A DNA stretch of 64,000 bases from a phage: assembly GCA_033286805.1 (NCBI GenBank), contig GCA_033286805.1_4727.1; one strand, written 5' to 3'. Numbering within the stretch: position 1 is the stretch's first letter; every line of letters begins with the position of its first letter. Shown here in pieces: positions 8,813 through 18,371 of the stretch. The position numbers and the translations under genes are program-made. The notes below the pieces were generated by a model. That model did not search any database and was not told where the DNA came from. It worked only from the letters and a program-made list of their open reading frames with translations.

Positions 8813-9988
8813 CTACTTCGTTTTTGCTGCCAACGGCTGCGATACTGTAATCTCTACCCGATTCTCATCGGTACGTTTAACGATGATAAGGCTGCGTTCA
8901 TCACCGAATGGTTCTGAGATCTTACAAGCCTCTTTAAGATTTTCGAGAATCGAGCCATGGGGTTCAAACACCGCAAAACCGGAACTAGCGTCGATTCTTA
9001 CTAAATATACACGCACATCGTTTACGGTAATGGTGTCATCCGTCTTGAACCCACAGCAGGAGGGTAGATGGAACTGGCCGGGAATACCGGCTACGTATGC
9101 CTCACCACCGAACATTTCTATTAACGTCACCGGTTTAAATGTTTTCTCTGGGAAAGCATTATTAAGAATATCGTTTCCATTCACAAACCAGATCGTTACT
9201 TTATCTTCAGAATACGCTAGTCGGTATGGTTGAGTTGCGGACGCTTGCGCTTTATGCTGGTTAAATAACTTTGATTTTGTCGCAATCACAGCACGGCCTT
9301 GGGCGTCAAAGTACAGAACTTCATACCCAACACATCCGATAAACACGCGACGGTTATTAAGTTCAGGGATTCTGACTACTAACGCATTACCATCTTCCGT
9401 CGGTGTAATACCCCGCAGGATAATCGATTCGTTATTCAATACTGAGTTGTCCACAACGATGCTTCGCATTACCGCTGGGGTTACTGTTTTATCTGCGGTG
9501 GGTTCAGGTTGCTCAGCAATGCGGTCAAAAGGTTCGATGGATACCATGGGAACGAAGTATTCAACGATATGCTTGTTTTCAGCACCAACGTCCATGACGG
9601 TGATCTGCAAACGCGTAGCATCCGAATTCAATGCTTGTTTCACACGTTCTGCATTAGGAGTATCACGGTCAATATGAATCAAGGCTTTTACCACACCGTC
9701 GTCTTCCAACCATCCCGTTAAAACGCGACCGACGATATCATTCACGTCACGAATCGGGAAGCACAGTTCAGCGCCATCGAGCACCGCTTCGATTTTACTG
9801 CTAATGACGGGCACCTTACCGTCGTTAAGATGCGCCAGCAGACCGGTTACTGCACCTTCACTAACCGGATGTTTTGTCGTCGTACTGACCAACGGTACGA
9901 TAAAACGATCTTCGCTGTATTTCTCGACACCACAGATAACCGGGACTTGAGGGCATTGATCAACCAGCCCCCATTCAACAGTATTCAT
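8813..9988 (-). CDS. hypothetical protein (391 aa)
   Basis: Long ORF in DNA-metabolism block; no motif recognised. Confidence 0.6.
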   Translation of the reverse strand: MNTVEWGLVDQCPQVPVICGVEKYSEDRFIVPLVSTTTKHPVSEGAVTGLLAHLNDGKVPVISSKIEAVLDGAELCFPIRDVNDIVGRVLTGWLEDDGVVKALIHIDRDTPNAERVKQALNSDATRLQITVMDVGAENKHIVEYFVPMVSIEPFDRIAEQPEPTADKTVTPAVMRSIVVDNSVLNNESIILRGITPTEDGNALVVRIPELNNRRVFIGCVGYEVLYFDAQGRAVIATKSKLFNQHKAQASATQPYRLAYSEDKVTIWFVNGNDILNNAFPEKTFKPVTLIEMFGGEAYVAGIPGQFHLPSCCGFKTDDTITVNDVRVYLVRIDASSGFAVFEPHGSILENLKEACKISEPFGDERSLIIVKRTDENRVEITVSQPLAAKTK

Positions 9989-10024
9989 AACGTTTTTTTT
10001 CCTTCTTGGGTTTTGTACGAGTTG

Positions 10025-10639
10025 CTAACGGCGTTTTGTACCGACCTTCCCATTTCGATGGTCATCAAGAATACGCCATTCTTCGAACAGGAGTTCAGCG
10101 GCGAAATAACCGACGGCGATGCTGTCTATCGCATGCTCATCAAGATTCGCTAACACAACACCGTTTCTGGGTGTGATGTTCATGAGGTTCAACACTTTCT
10201 GGCGAACATCGTCCTTACCAACACGGGACGTCATAATCCCAACAGCGCGTTTTGCGCTTCGGTTATCAACCCCTAAGAAAGACACCGTAGGGTCAAAATC
10301 GATAACCGTTGTCTGAATCGCTGAAAACAGCTCGCTGAGCGCCATACCGCTTTGCTTGAAACGACCGATGAATGGTGTCTCACAAGCAACCGCTTGCGGC
10401 TGGTACTCTTGCAATAACGTTGTCAGCGAACGACGGTGTTCTTGGATACGTGCGGCACGATTACCGTATCCAAGCGCAATATCACCATCGGGATCATATC
10501 GACGTGAAGCGTGCCATGTCCCTGCATACAGCAGTTCAATATCTTCGACACGCACGTCCAAACGTAGTAACGACGCACCGAGCGTATCGGTGCCAGGGTC
10601 GATTGCCAGAATATCGTAAGCGTATTCTGGTGGGATCAT
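10025..10639 (-). CDS. RuvC-like Holliday junction resolvase
   Basis: ILAIDPGTDTLGASL versus RuvC ILGIDPGSRVTGYGV; AVACETPF (catalytic Glu); DEHAIDSIAVGY versus ADAADALAIAITH. Start ATG 10639 overlaps upstream stop (ATGA). Confidence 0.65.
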   Translation of the reverse strand: MIPPEYAYDILAIDPGTDTLGASLLRLDVRVEDIELLYAGTWHASRRYDPDGDIALGYGNRAARIQEHRRSLTTLLQEYQPQAVACETPFIGRFKQSGMALSELFSAIQTTVIDFDPTVSFLGVDNRSAKRAVGIMTSRVGKDDVRQKVLNLMNITPRNGVVLANLDEHAIDSIAVGYFAAELLFEEWRILDDHRNGKVGTKRR

Positions 10640-11454
10640 GGTGTTACAACAGCCTCTACTGACCATGGGAAGGTTTTCGCAACAACACCTTCCAGGAAGC
10701 GTTCAACTTCCGATTGCTCATACACCGAAAGCTTTTCGAACGGCGTTTGGTCTTCGGTTAAACCTACCGCATGAATAGGACCCAGGTCTTTAACCAGGGT
10801 GACTTCACCTTTAACGCCTTCACGTTTAACGATAACGGCGTGGTCATTAACCTTGGGATCGTACAGCACGCGCATCATGGTTACTGCATCATCCGGTTCA
10901 TAACCGAAATCGATGGCAACACGAGCATTCGTCCCTTCATCATCCAGAAGCTTGCTCAGCGCTTTACAACGGTCTTCAATCCAATCCAACGCGACCACGG
11001 TTTCTTGGCGTAGCTGAACCTCAACCTCTTTTCCTTGTTCGTCGATACGTTTCACGGTAACAAAATCGTGTAATAAACGGTCAGGAAGGAGAGAAGCAAT
11101 AAGCTCAACGTCGGGTTCAGGTTTTTCGTTTTCCAGAATGATGGTCGCTTGTGCGTCCAGATGTTCTTTAAAACGGATGTAGCGTGTTAATCGCAGAACT
11201 TCGTCTTGGGATTTTGCGTCTTCGGGAATAATCTCCGTCATGACGTTATAGATCTTTTCAGCGAACGTCGGAATTACGGTGATTGTAATTCGTGCTGGCG
11301 TGCCACGCTCCTGGTACTCATCGGCTAATTTCTTCGCCATCCCGTTAAAGTAGGTTTGGAGAAACGGTTGCTGCGTTAGAAACATTTTCTCCAGATCGGA
11401 ATAGCGATGCTTGCGTGCATGGCCTAGCTTCTTCATGGGTTTTTTCATCAACAT
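10636..11454 (-). CDS. hypothetical protein (272 aa)
   Basis: ORF immediately downstream of the SbcC-like gene; no phosphoesterase (SbcD) motifs found. Confidence 0.55.
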   Translation of the reverse strand: MLMKKPMKKLGHARKHRYSDLEKMFLTQQPFLQTYFNGMAKKLADEYQERGTPARITITVIPTFAEKIYNVMTEIIPEDAKSQDEVLRLTRYIRFKEHLDAQATIILENEKPEPDVELIASLLPDRLLHDFVTVKRIDEQGKEVEVQLRQETVVALDWIEDRCKALSKLLDDEGTNARVAIDFGYEPDDAVTMMRVLYDPKVNDHAVIVKREGVKGEVTLVKDLGPIHAVGLTEDQTPFEKLSVYEQSEVERFLEGVVAKTFPWSVEAVVTP

Positions 11455-11469
11455 AAATCCTTATTTATC

Positions 11470-13926
11470 TTAAATAATCGTGACGTGTTCGTTATACGTT
11501 TCAGGGAGGATGATGTTCGTTTTATCAAGAACCATACACTCGGCTTTACGGAATGATGCATGGTTGATCACATAGTGACTGATGAACCACACCTGGCTTA
11601 CGCGGTGGCCATCAACCAGACGACGAACAAAATCCATGGCATTAGATTGGTGTTGCGGATCAAATGTTGATGCGAATTCATCTAACATCAACGGATAATC
11701 CGTAAACCCTTTGTAATGCATCATCGCGATGATAAACGCGATATTGATAATTTCCTTTTGCCCCTTACTCCCATAAACAATATCTTTTCGCGGTGTCGGA
11801 TACTTCTCAGTTAAAAGCGGAAAACGATAGTTCAATCCTTGCGCGTCGATAGCACACGGGAGTATCTGAAGTTGGTATTCCCAAATACTCGCAATGATGC
11901 CGTTCATGTACTCAACGAACGCGTTGATGGGACCCGCAATTGTTTCGGCAATCAGTCCGTTGGATGGACTCAACTCATCCAGAACAAGTTGTGCGTAACT
12001 GAGCTGTTCTTCCACCTCTTTTTGTGTCGTTTCCAACTGAGCCAGAAGCTGCTGGTCGGTTTTAGCTTCCTGTAACTGCTGTTCGACATGGCTTATTCGG
12101 CGAACCGTATCAGACATCGCAGCACGTAACGATTTCGTGTAGAGGTGTTGCAGATACTCTAACCACAGTTGCGTTAACGCTTTATCGCTGTTATCAGAAC
12201 GCACCTGATCTTCCATAATCGCCGTAATGGTTTCCAATCTACCTTCCGTAGCTGTGATGGCTTGTGTTAACCGCTCAACGGTTGTTAACAACTCTGTCCT
12301 GTTCTTATAAAGCAATTCTCGACGTTGCTGTAACGGTTCAACATCAACCGCTTGTACCCGTTCGAGCATGCCTTGAAGATGCTTCCGTTCCTGTTCGGCT
12401 TGTGTGTAACGCGCAAGTTTCTCAAACGCAAGCAACCAATCGTTAATGATTCCAATGCTGCGGAATCCTAAACCGTTTTTACGTCCTTCTTCCAGCAGAT
12501 TGTCCCACATGGGTTTAATGGCGTAATAATCCTTCGTCCAACGTGTTAACTGACGATGCTGTTCCATCCAGAGCGTATAGCGCTGAACCTTCTCACTAAG
12601 CTCAGCTAACGATTTCTCTTGTTCTTCAACCCAAGCACGACCCTTCTGAATACGTTGTTCAATACCCGCTTTGCTGGTCTTTTCTGTTTCACCAACGTGA
12701 AAGCGATAATTGCATTTTGGACAGCTGGTCTGGGGTTGGTGGTTAAGGTGGTCGAGGTGCGCTTCTAAATCGGCTAACGCATGTTTCGCGTTACGCAAAC
12801 GCATTCTTGCCGCCTCTTCCTCCTTGATGTAAGCTTCAGCATCGTAAACATGATAGGTGTTGTCGGTATCAATCCATTCTTGCAATAGTTCTGTTAACGG
12901 AGCCTGAACTTGCGTGAGCTGTTGTAAACAAACCGCGGCGTCCAGATTCATTGTTAAAAGCTCACCTGGATGATCTTGCTGAAGTTGTTCGTCCAAACAG
13001 GCAAGGCGGGCTTTAATTTGATCAATATCACCTTCTCCAGACTGTTTCAACTGGTCAAGGATATTATCGATACCCAACAGCTCGTCAACCTGACTTTCGA
13101 GTTTCGCATTCGCATTCGCGAGTTGCTCTCTTAGTTCAGCCAGATTCCGCTGTTCTTGTTGCGATGTTCCTCCTTGGTAACGAACAACAGCACGAAGAAG
13201 CTCACGATTAAAATGATGGGCGCGTTGTGCGGATTCCAGAAGCTGTCGTTGATCAACATCGCTATCGAATAACGGCAATCCCATCATCGCTTCGAGCGCT
13301 GAGCGTTGCTGTTTTAACTCTGCTTCCAATCCCTGATGGTCGGTGCCGGTGTATTTCGCTTCAATGCGTTGTGATGTTTCAACCAACTTATTCAGCGTAT
13401 GCTCATTCACCGCTTTCAGTGAACGTACTTGTTGCTTAACCACCTGAAACAACTCAAGCGCATAATCGACGTTAACCGGACATATCTGCGTTAATCGTTC
13501 GCGACGTTTCATCGGTCCCATTTCGGTGAACTGATAAGCCGTTTCGTAACCTAACAACAAACGAATAGTGTCATCATTAAGTTCGAAATGTTCTTCAATC
13601 AGTTTCCACTGAGCGGGTTGTGTACCACCACCATTCAGGTTCTCGCTGTCGTTAACGTAGAACTCATGCTTAAACCCTTTTTCTAAACGACTGATAAGAC
13701 GGTATTGCTTATTACGGTGTTCGCAGCGGTACTCGTAATACCCGTCTTTATCAAAATCGGCACGCTCAGGAACGGTTGGATACAGCAAAGGCAATAGACT
13801 ACTCTTACCCGAACCGTTGCTGCCTAAAATGAGTTGTACGGGATTATCTGGCCGGATGACCAGCTCCCGAATCATCCCGGTATCAAAACGATTGAATCCA
13901 CGTAAGTGGAGATAGGTGCATCGCAT
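11470..13926 (-). CDS. sbcC: SbcC/Rad50-like recombination ATPase
   Basis: N-terminal Walker A LILGSNGSGKSSLL; central coiled coil with CxxC zinc hook (SCPKCNY); C-terminal signature-like GSKGQKE and Walker B LMLDEF. Start set at ATG 13926 (MRCTYLHLRGFNRF). Confidence 0.8.
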   Translation of the reverse strand: MRCTYLHLRGFNRFDTGMIRELVIRPDNPVQLILGSNGSGKSSLLPLLYPTVPERADFDKDGYYEYRCEHRNKQYRLISRLEKGFKHEFYVNDSENLNGGGTQPAQWKLIEEHFELNDDTIRLLLGYETAYQFTEMGPMKRRERLTQICPVNVDYALELFQVVKQQVRSLKAVNEHTLNKLVETSQRIEAKYTGTDHQGLEAELKQQRSALEAMMGLPLFDSDVDQRQLLESAQRAHHFNRELLRAVVRYQGGTSQQEQRNLAELREQLANANAKLESQVDELLGIDNILDQLKQSGEGDIDQIKARLACLDEQLQQDHPGELLTMNLDAAVCLQQLTQVQAPLTELLQEWIDTDNTYHVYDAEAYIKEEEAARMRLRNAKHALADLEAHLDHLNHQPQTSCPKCNYRFHVGETEKTSKAGIEQRIQKGRAWVEEQEKSLAELSEKVQRYTLWMEQHRQLTRWTKDYYAIKPMWDNLLEEGRKNGLGFRSIGIINDWLLAFEKLARYTQAEQERKHLQGMLERVQAVDVEPLQQRRELLYKNRTELLTTVERLTQAITATEGRLETITAIMEDQVRSDNSDKALTQLWLEYLQHLYTKSLRAAMSDTVRRISHVEQQLQEAKTDQQLLAQLETTQKEVEEQLSYAQLVLDELSPSNGLIAETIAGPINAFVEYMNGIIASIWEYQLQILPCAIDAQGLNYRFPLLTEKYPTPRKDIVYGSKGQKEIINIAFIIAMMHYKGFTDYPLMLDEFASTFDPQHQSNAMDFVRRLVDGHRVSQVWFISHYVINHASFRKAECMVLDKTNIILPETYNEHVTII

Positions 13927-14040
13927 GCTATGATAATCCTTCTTCGATACCTTCTGAACCCGTGGTTCAGAATGCGAAGCTGAAGCCATACTTCAGCGTT
14001 ATTTTCTATATCGTTATTTAAATCAGTAGGAGATTACAGC

Positions 14041-15129
14041 ATGAGCGACCTGGCAACAGACAATCGCACAAAAGGGAGTCAGCTAGCTCCAGACAACAAC
14101 GTAAGCGTTTTCCGTATCTTTGCCTTGGGTACTGTTGCTGCCGACTTTTCCAATAAAAGTCTGGAGGAAGATCCTAACCAAACGCTGGAGGTCTTTCTTG
14201 ATGAGATGATGTCAGGCGCTGATGGGAAAGTTGAAGCGGCGGGAAGCGTTAAAGAAGTCAGTGCAACAGACGCTCAAGGAAACAGCTATACGGCGAAAGC
14301 GGCAACAACAACCAGCGTACAGTGTTACTGGTTACCCTTCGGCAGTAACCGGATGACAGCACCTAACTTGAGGAAAGGTCAGCGTGTGGTGGTTTGGCGT
14401 ACCGCCGATGAAGAACAGCTCTACTGGCAACCCAAAGGAGGGGATAGCGAGCTGATGACCATGGAATCGGTTATCCTCACCGTCAGCGCACGTCCTAGCG
14501 CTAAGAAGGACCGTAAATCGATTTCAACGGAAGACTGCTATTACCTAATGGTTGATACCTTCCTCAAGAAGGCGGTTATCGGCACCAGCGCACAGCTTGG
14601 TGAAGTTACCCAAGTTTACATGGAACTTAATCTGGACGAGGGTTACCTACAGGTTGCGGACAGCGTCCATCAAAATCTGCTGTTACTCCATTTCGTTGAA
14701 CATATGCTGCGTTATCAAAACCAGGATGACAGCATCATCGACGTGACAAAAAAGAACATCACATTCCAGTGCGAGGATACGCTCAAAGCAATCGCTAAGA
14801 ACGATATCCGAATGAAAGCAAAAAACATTTATACCGAATGTGAGAACTTCGAGCGTACCAGCAAAACAGAAAGCGTTACGAGTCAGAATGTTTCTTTGAA
14901 GTGTGATCGTTACACCGCGCAAGTATCAGGACAGACCATGTTTAAATGTCCGAATACGGTATTCACTGGGGCTGTAAGCTTCACAGGTGAAGACGGAAAC
15001 ACGATGACGTTGAATGGGAACTTCATACACGTCGCAGGCTCTTGGCGTTCACCAACCGGAACAAACGTATACACCCACGATCACGGCGGTGTAGACCGTG
15101 GCAGCGGTCGTACAGATCCGTTCCAATAA
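14041..15129 (+). CDS. hypothetical protein (362 aa)
   Basis: ATG 14041 with AGGAG SD 8 nt upstream; followed by A-tract and hairpin 15150-15183. Confidence 0.6.
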   Translation: MSDLATDNRTKGSQLAPDNNVSVFRIFALGTVAADFSNKSLEEDPNQTLEVFLDEMMSGADGKVEAAGSVKEVSATDAQGNSYTAKAATTTSVQCYWLPFGSNRMTAPNLRKGQRVVVWRTADEEQLYWQPKGGDSELMTMESVILTVSARPSAKKDRKSISTEDCYYLMVDTFLKKAVIGTSAQLGEVTQVYMELNLDEGYLQVADSVHQNLLLLHFVEHMLRYQNQDDSIIDVTKKNITFQCEDTLKAIAKNDIRMKAKNIYTECENFERTSKTESVTSQNVSLKCDRYTAQVSGQTMFKCPNTVFTGAVSFTGEDGNTMTLNGNFIHVAGSWRSPTGTNVYTHDHGGVDRGSGRTDPFQ

Positions 15130-15149
15130 AAAAAAGAAATGCTATACAA

Positions 15150-15183
15150 CCTCCTTCCCTAGCCGTCAAGGCCGGGGAAGGAG
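15150..15183. terminator. CCTCC/GGAGG palindromic hairpin (H3, variant loop)
   Basis: cctccttccc ... gggaaggagg 10-bp stem with inner gcc/ggc stem; A8 tract upstream, T-rich downstream; convergent junction 14041-15129(+)/15200-15589(-). Confidence 0.7.
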
Positions 15184-15199
15184 GATTATAGTTTATTTA

Positions 15200-15589
15200 T
15201 TAACGCGTTGCATTCTGGATGATTTCTTTTCCGATCTTAACCAAAGCGGGTATCTGTACAGCGGTTGCGCCTCGATGACGAAACGCGGTCGTTAACGCGG
15301 TATCGATACTCACCGCACGTCCGTGAAGACGATCGAAATAGACTTGAGTGATTGCGGTAGCGTAATCCTTTCGCTGTTTCTTGGTTTGGCTCAACAGCGC
15401 CGCACTATGACTAACGATGAAGTAAGCGATTAAGAAGAACGCCGCTGACCGCGAACCAGGTAGAAAACCTTGTCGCTTAGGGAGCATCTCACAATCGCGA
15501 ACACTATTATCGTTCGCCAGCTCTTCCATATCAACACAGCATAATTTTGCATAGGTGTGGAGATAGTGGGTAAAAGTTGAATTTAACAT
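15200..15589 (-). CDS. hypothetical protein
   Basis: ATG 15589 with GAGGAAAG SD; last ORF of minus block ending at hairpin 15150-15183. Confidence 0.45.
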   Translation of the reverse strand: MLNSTFTHYLHTYAKLCCVDMEELANDNSVRDCEMLPKRQGFLPGSRSAAFFLIAYFIVSHSAALLSQTKKQRKDYATAITQVYFDRLHGRAVSIDTALTTAFRHRGATAVQIPALVKIGKEIIQNATR

Positions 15590-15695
15590 TTTTCTTTCCT
15601 CGATTACAATGAGTTCAATGTATAGCTTAAACGTCACAGAACGACGTATAACGGTTTGTTTTAATTTCTAATGGGTTTCCTTATCTAAGATTGAA

Positions 15696-16058
15696 TTAAA
15701 GCGCTCTGAAGAGTTCTGTAGCGTTCTCGTCACGTAAACAGGCTTCGTTCAACAATTCAGCTAACAGCTTCGACCGAACTTCAACAAATGTCCTGAGGCG
15801 ATGCTCCCATTCTAAACGGATAGTGTACGTATTATCCAGGTTTTTGTAATCAACGACAGATACCGAGCAGCGGGGTTCACGTTTGTTCACAGCACTCCAA
15901 ACATCACGGATAACCGTCACGCCTTTCTTGGTGCATGTAAACGTTAAAATACAGCGGTTATTCGCAGCTTCTTCACGGACGCCAACAAATTCACTTCGTA
16001 ACGATGAGACTTTGATCAGTCGGTCAATGGCGAGCGATAAACCGATACGTTGTTGCAT
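15696..16058 (-). CDS. small protein, tandem paralog family member
   Basis: Shares motif NRCILTFTCTKKG with next gene (MRCVRLTFVCTTLGK); AGAGGGGA SD before ATG. Confidence 0.5.
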   Translation of the reverse strand: MQQRIGLSLAIDRLIKVSSLRSEFVGVREEAANNRCILTFTCTKKGVTVIRDVWSAVNKREPRCSVSVVDYKNLDNTYTIRLEWEHRLRTFVEVRSKLLAELLNEACLRDENATELFRAL

Positions 16059-16059
16059 A

Positions 16060-16488
16060 TCAAATCCCCTCTTTCAGAATCTCATTGAGGCTATTAGCAA
16101 CCGCATCTAACTTCGTGCTGATTACTTTTGGTGTCAATCCGTATATTTTCCAAACTATCTGTGGTTGACGTATTCCATTTGTCTGACAATACATCTCGAT
16201 CGACAACACCATATCGTCGGTGAACGTCGTGCTTTCGCAACAACGAAGATAGGCAGCCTCAAGCAACGTCTTTCCTAACGTGGTACACACAAAAGTCAAT
16301 CGAACGCAACGCATAGACAACGTGTTCGCATTCATTGATGCTGAGATCGGCTGAATGTGTTCACGCAGTTTTTCGTCTTCACGTAAAAGTGATAGGGTGC
16401 GATGTAAGCTGGTGTGCTGAGCAACCAGTGAATGATAAAGACCAACGCGCGCTGCAGTTACTGCTGATTCGGGCCATTTAATTTTCAT
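16060..16488 (-). CDS. small protein, tandem paralog family member
   Basis: Motif MRCVRLTFVCTTLGKT shared with 15696-16058. Confidence 0.5.
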   Translation of the reverse strand: MKIKWPESAVTAARVGLYHSLVAQHTSLHRTLSLLREDEKLREHIQPISASMNANTLSMRCVRLTFVCTTLGKTLLEAAYLRCCESTTFTDDMVLSIEMYCQTNGIRQPQIVWKIYGLTPKVISTKLDAVANSLNEILKEGI

Positions 16489-16503
16489 GTTCGATTCCTC
16501 GTA

Positions 16504-16947
16504 TTAACACTGTGTTCCATTCGATAAGCGGGTGGTATCAAAACGATCCAGTTGGTGTACAATGCTATTAGCAACACGATGCAAATAGTGTATTTTGTCC
16601 ATTCGTGAAATCGCAGAAATCGTCCAGCAAGCCTCTGACGTCCAATAGGTGCCGTCTTCACTAAGGCTAACGTTATAAACTAACTTCGTCATCACATTTC
16701 TCGCCTTATGCTCAGCAGACCAGAATATGTTTTCTAACACATCCTTCCCCGTTTGTGAAAACACGAACCCAAGCTTCACGTCGAAGTCGGATGCTTCAAG
16801 ATTAACGCAGTGAAGATGATTCTCTAACGGCGCAAAAGAGGCTAAACGTTCCAGCGCGTTTTGCAGTGTGGGATGATCGAGCTTTTCGAGATCATCCACA
16901 GGTTGTTCAGGTACAATCGCGATCGATTTACAGAATTTAATTTCCAT
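16504..16947 (-). CDS. small protein, possible distant paralog
   Basis: Weaker related motif KLGFVFSQTGKD; preceded by palindromic element 16978-16995. Confidence 0.5.
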   Translation of the reverse strand: MEIKFCKSIAIVPEQPVDDLEKLDHPTLQNALERLASFAPLENHLHCVNLEASDFDVKLGFVFSQTGKDVLENIFWSAEHKARNVMTKLVYNVSLSEDGTYWTSEACWTISAISRMDKIHYLHRVANSIVHQLDRFDTTRLSNGTQC

Positions 16948-16964
16948 GGTAGGTTCCTCTTGAT

Positions 16965-16995
16965 AGATGGTAGTAACGGGGATACCGCGGTATCC
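16965..16995 (-). promoter_or_regulatory. TAGTAA + GGATACC palindrome element, copy 1
   Basis: ggTAGTAAcGGGATACCgcGGTATCCC; 18-bp perfect palindrome at 16978-16995; ~31 nt upstream of ATG of 16504-16947(-). Confidence 0.45.
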
Positions 16996-17004
16996 CCTAA
17001 GTCT

Positions 17005-17475
17005 TTATAACACGCCCCAAGCCATATTGGGTACAGGCTCGTTACGTTCGATGTAATACATCAAGCGTTCTTTAAGTTTGGTTAACGCCTCAGCAACGAT
17101 GTTCTCTATGGCGACGACCTTTTCCATATTGCTCATCGTATCCTTCCACGTGAACCATTCGATCAAATTAACGGTGTGTAAGACCTTGTTATCGTCGGTC
17201 ATAACCTGGGTATTTTCACGACGATCGCGGGTTGTATACAACGGCGTTTGTATATTCGTTTTAATACGTGTCCAAAGCTCTTCCAGGAACTCACTCGATC
17301 GACTATCTGCCGTGACGATAAGCTCACTACGTACTGATTGTTCTCCTCGCTTTTCAATAACAAATAAACCATCGTAATCGATGTTCATCAATTTACGGAG
17401 GTTATCATTGCTATTCCAGTCTTTTACAACGGCAGGAAGTCGGCTATTGTAACCTTCAGGCAATCTCTCAATCAT
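17005..17475 (-). CDS. hypothetical protein
   Basis: ORF on dominant strand; overlaps next gene by 8 nt. Confidence 0.5.
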   Translation of the reverse strand: MIERLPEGYNSRLPAVVKDWNSNDNLRKLMNIDYDGLFVIEKRGEQSVRSELIVTADSRSSEFLEELWTRIKTNIQTPLYTTRDRRENTQVMTDDNKVLHTVNLIEWFTWKDTMSNMEKVVAIENIVAEALTKLKERLMYYIERNEPVPNMAWGVL

Positions 17476-17905
17476 CGGTTTCTGCTCCTATATCACGTTT
17501 AAGGTCGGCCACCAGTTTTTCATAATGGTCTTTTATTACATTGGCAATAACGAATTGCACTTTTCTCACCAGCTGCTCATTGGCATCACTGAACGTAAGA
17601 TGCTCACGCACTTCAACCGGACGTGATACACCGCCGATATCGTAGACTTTGTTCGATGTACGGCGAGCAATCACTGGAAGCGGTTCCACGGCGGCCAGTG
17701 CAGTACAGATTTCCGTAACGAGTTCTTGAATGCTGCTTCTGCCTTCGATAATAACAGAACAGCGATAGACATCTACCTCGTTAAGCTGTTCAACGACATC
17801 AGCCTTGATTTTGAAATTTCCAATAAGCGAGCTCACCAAAGTGCTATGCCAGTTGTTCACCACCCCGACCAACAGCGGATGATTCTCAAGATCTCTTCTA
17901 TTCAT
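17468..17905 (-). CDS. hypothetical protein
   Basis: ORF on dominant strand; preceded by hairpin 17944-17966. Confidence 0.5.
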   Translation of the reverse strand: MNRRDLENHPLLVGVVNNWHSTLVSSLIGNFKIKADVVEQLNEVDVYRCSVIIEGRSSIQELVTEICTALAAVEPLPVIARRTSNKVYDIGGVSRPVEVREHLTFSDANEQLVRKVQFVIANVIKDHYEKLVADLKRDIGAETDD

Positions 17906-17943
17906 CAGTTAGCTCCTAAATAGATCTACAACGAACTTTCGAT

Positions 17944-17966
17944 GGAAGGGAGTATGTTTCCCTTCC
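17944..17966 (-). terminator. GGAAGGGA/TCCCTTCC hairpin (H4)
   Basis: Perfect 8-bp stem, 7-nt loop; between minus genes 18081-18371 and 17468-17905. Confidence 0.5.
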
Positions 17967-18080
17967 TTGGGTTCGTTTATTGCGTTACGAAGCTTTACAG
18001 CTTGCGTAAACCACAACGGTTCCATTGTTGATTACCTCAACATCATCCTGGTCCGTTTGATCGCAAGTTTGGTGTCCGCA

Positions 18081-18371
18081 TTAACTCCCTCTGTGGTGCG
18101 AAAACAAAACATCTAACTGTTCCCGTTGTTCTTTTAAGCATGCAGGAAGCTGGTCTTCCCGTACCGTTCCGATTTCCAACGTGATGTACCAACGTTGTTC
18201 TGAGGCCTGCCATTGAAAACTGCTCTGTAACCGCAGGATGTTAGGATCACGTACCTTGTTTGCACTGTAACGGTTGAACCAATCCAGGTATTCTGCTTTC
18301 CCTTCCTCGTCGGCAACGTAACGCTGCACGCTGTTCTTCCCTTTGTTCTCGTATCCCGTTGCACGTATCAT
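18081..18371 (-). CDS. hypothetical protein
   Basis: Start set at ATG 18371 overlapping upstream stop (ATGA coupling). Confidence 0.45.
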   Translation of the reverse strand: MIRATGYENKGKNSVQRYVADEEGKAEYLDWFNRYSANKVRDPNILRLQSSFQWQASEQRWYITLEIGTVREDQLPACLKEQREQLDVLFSHHRGS

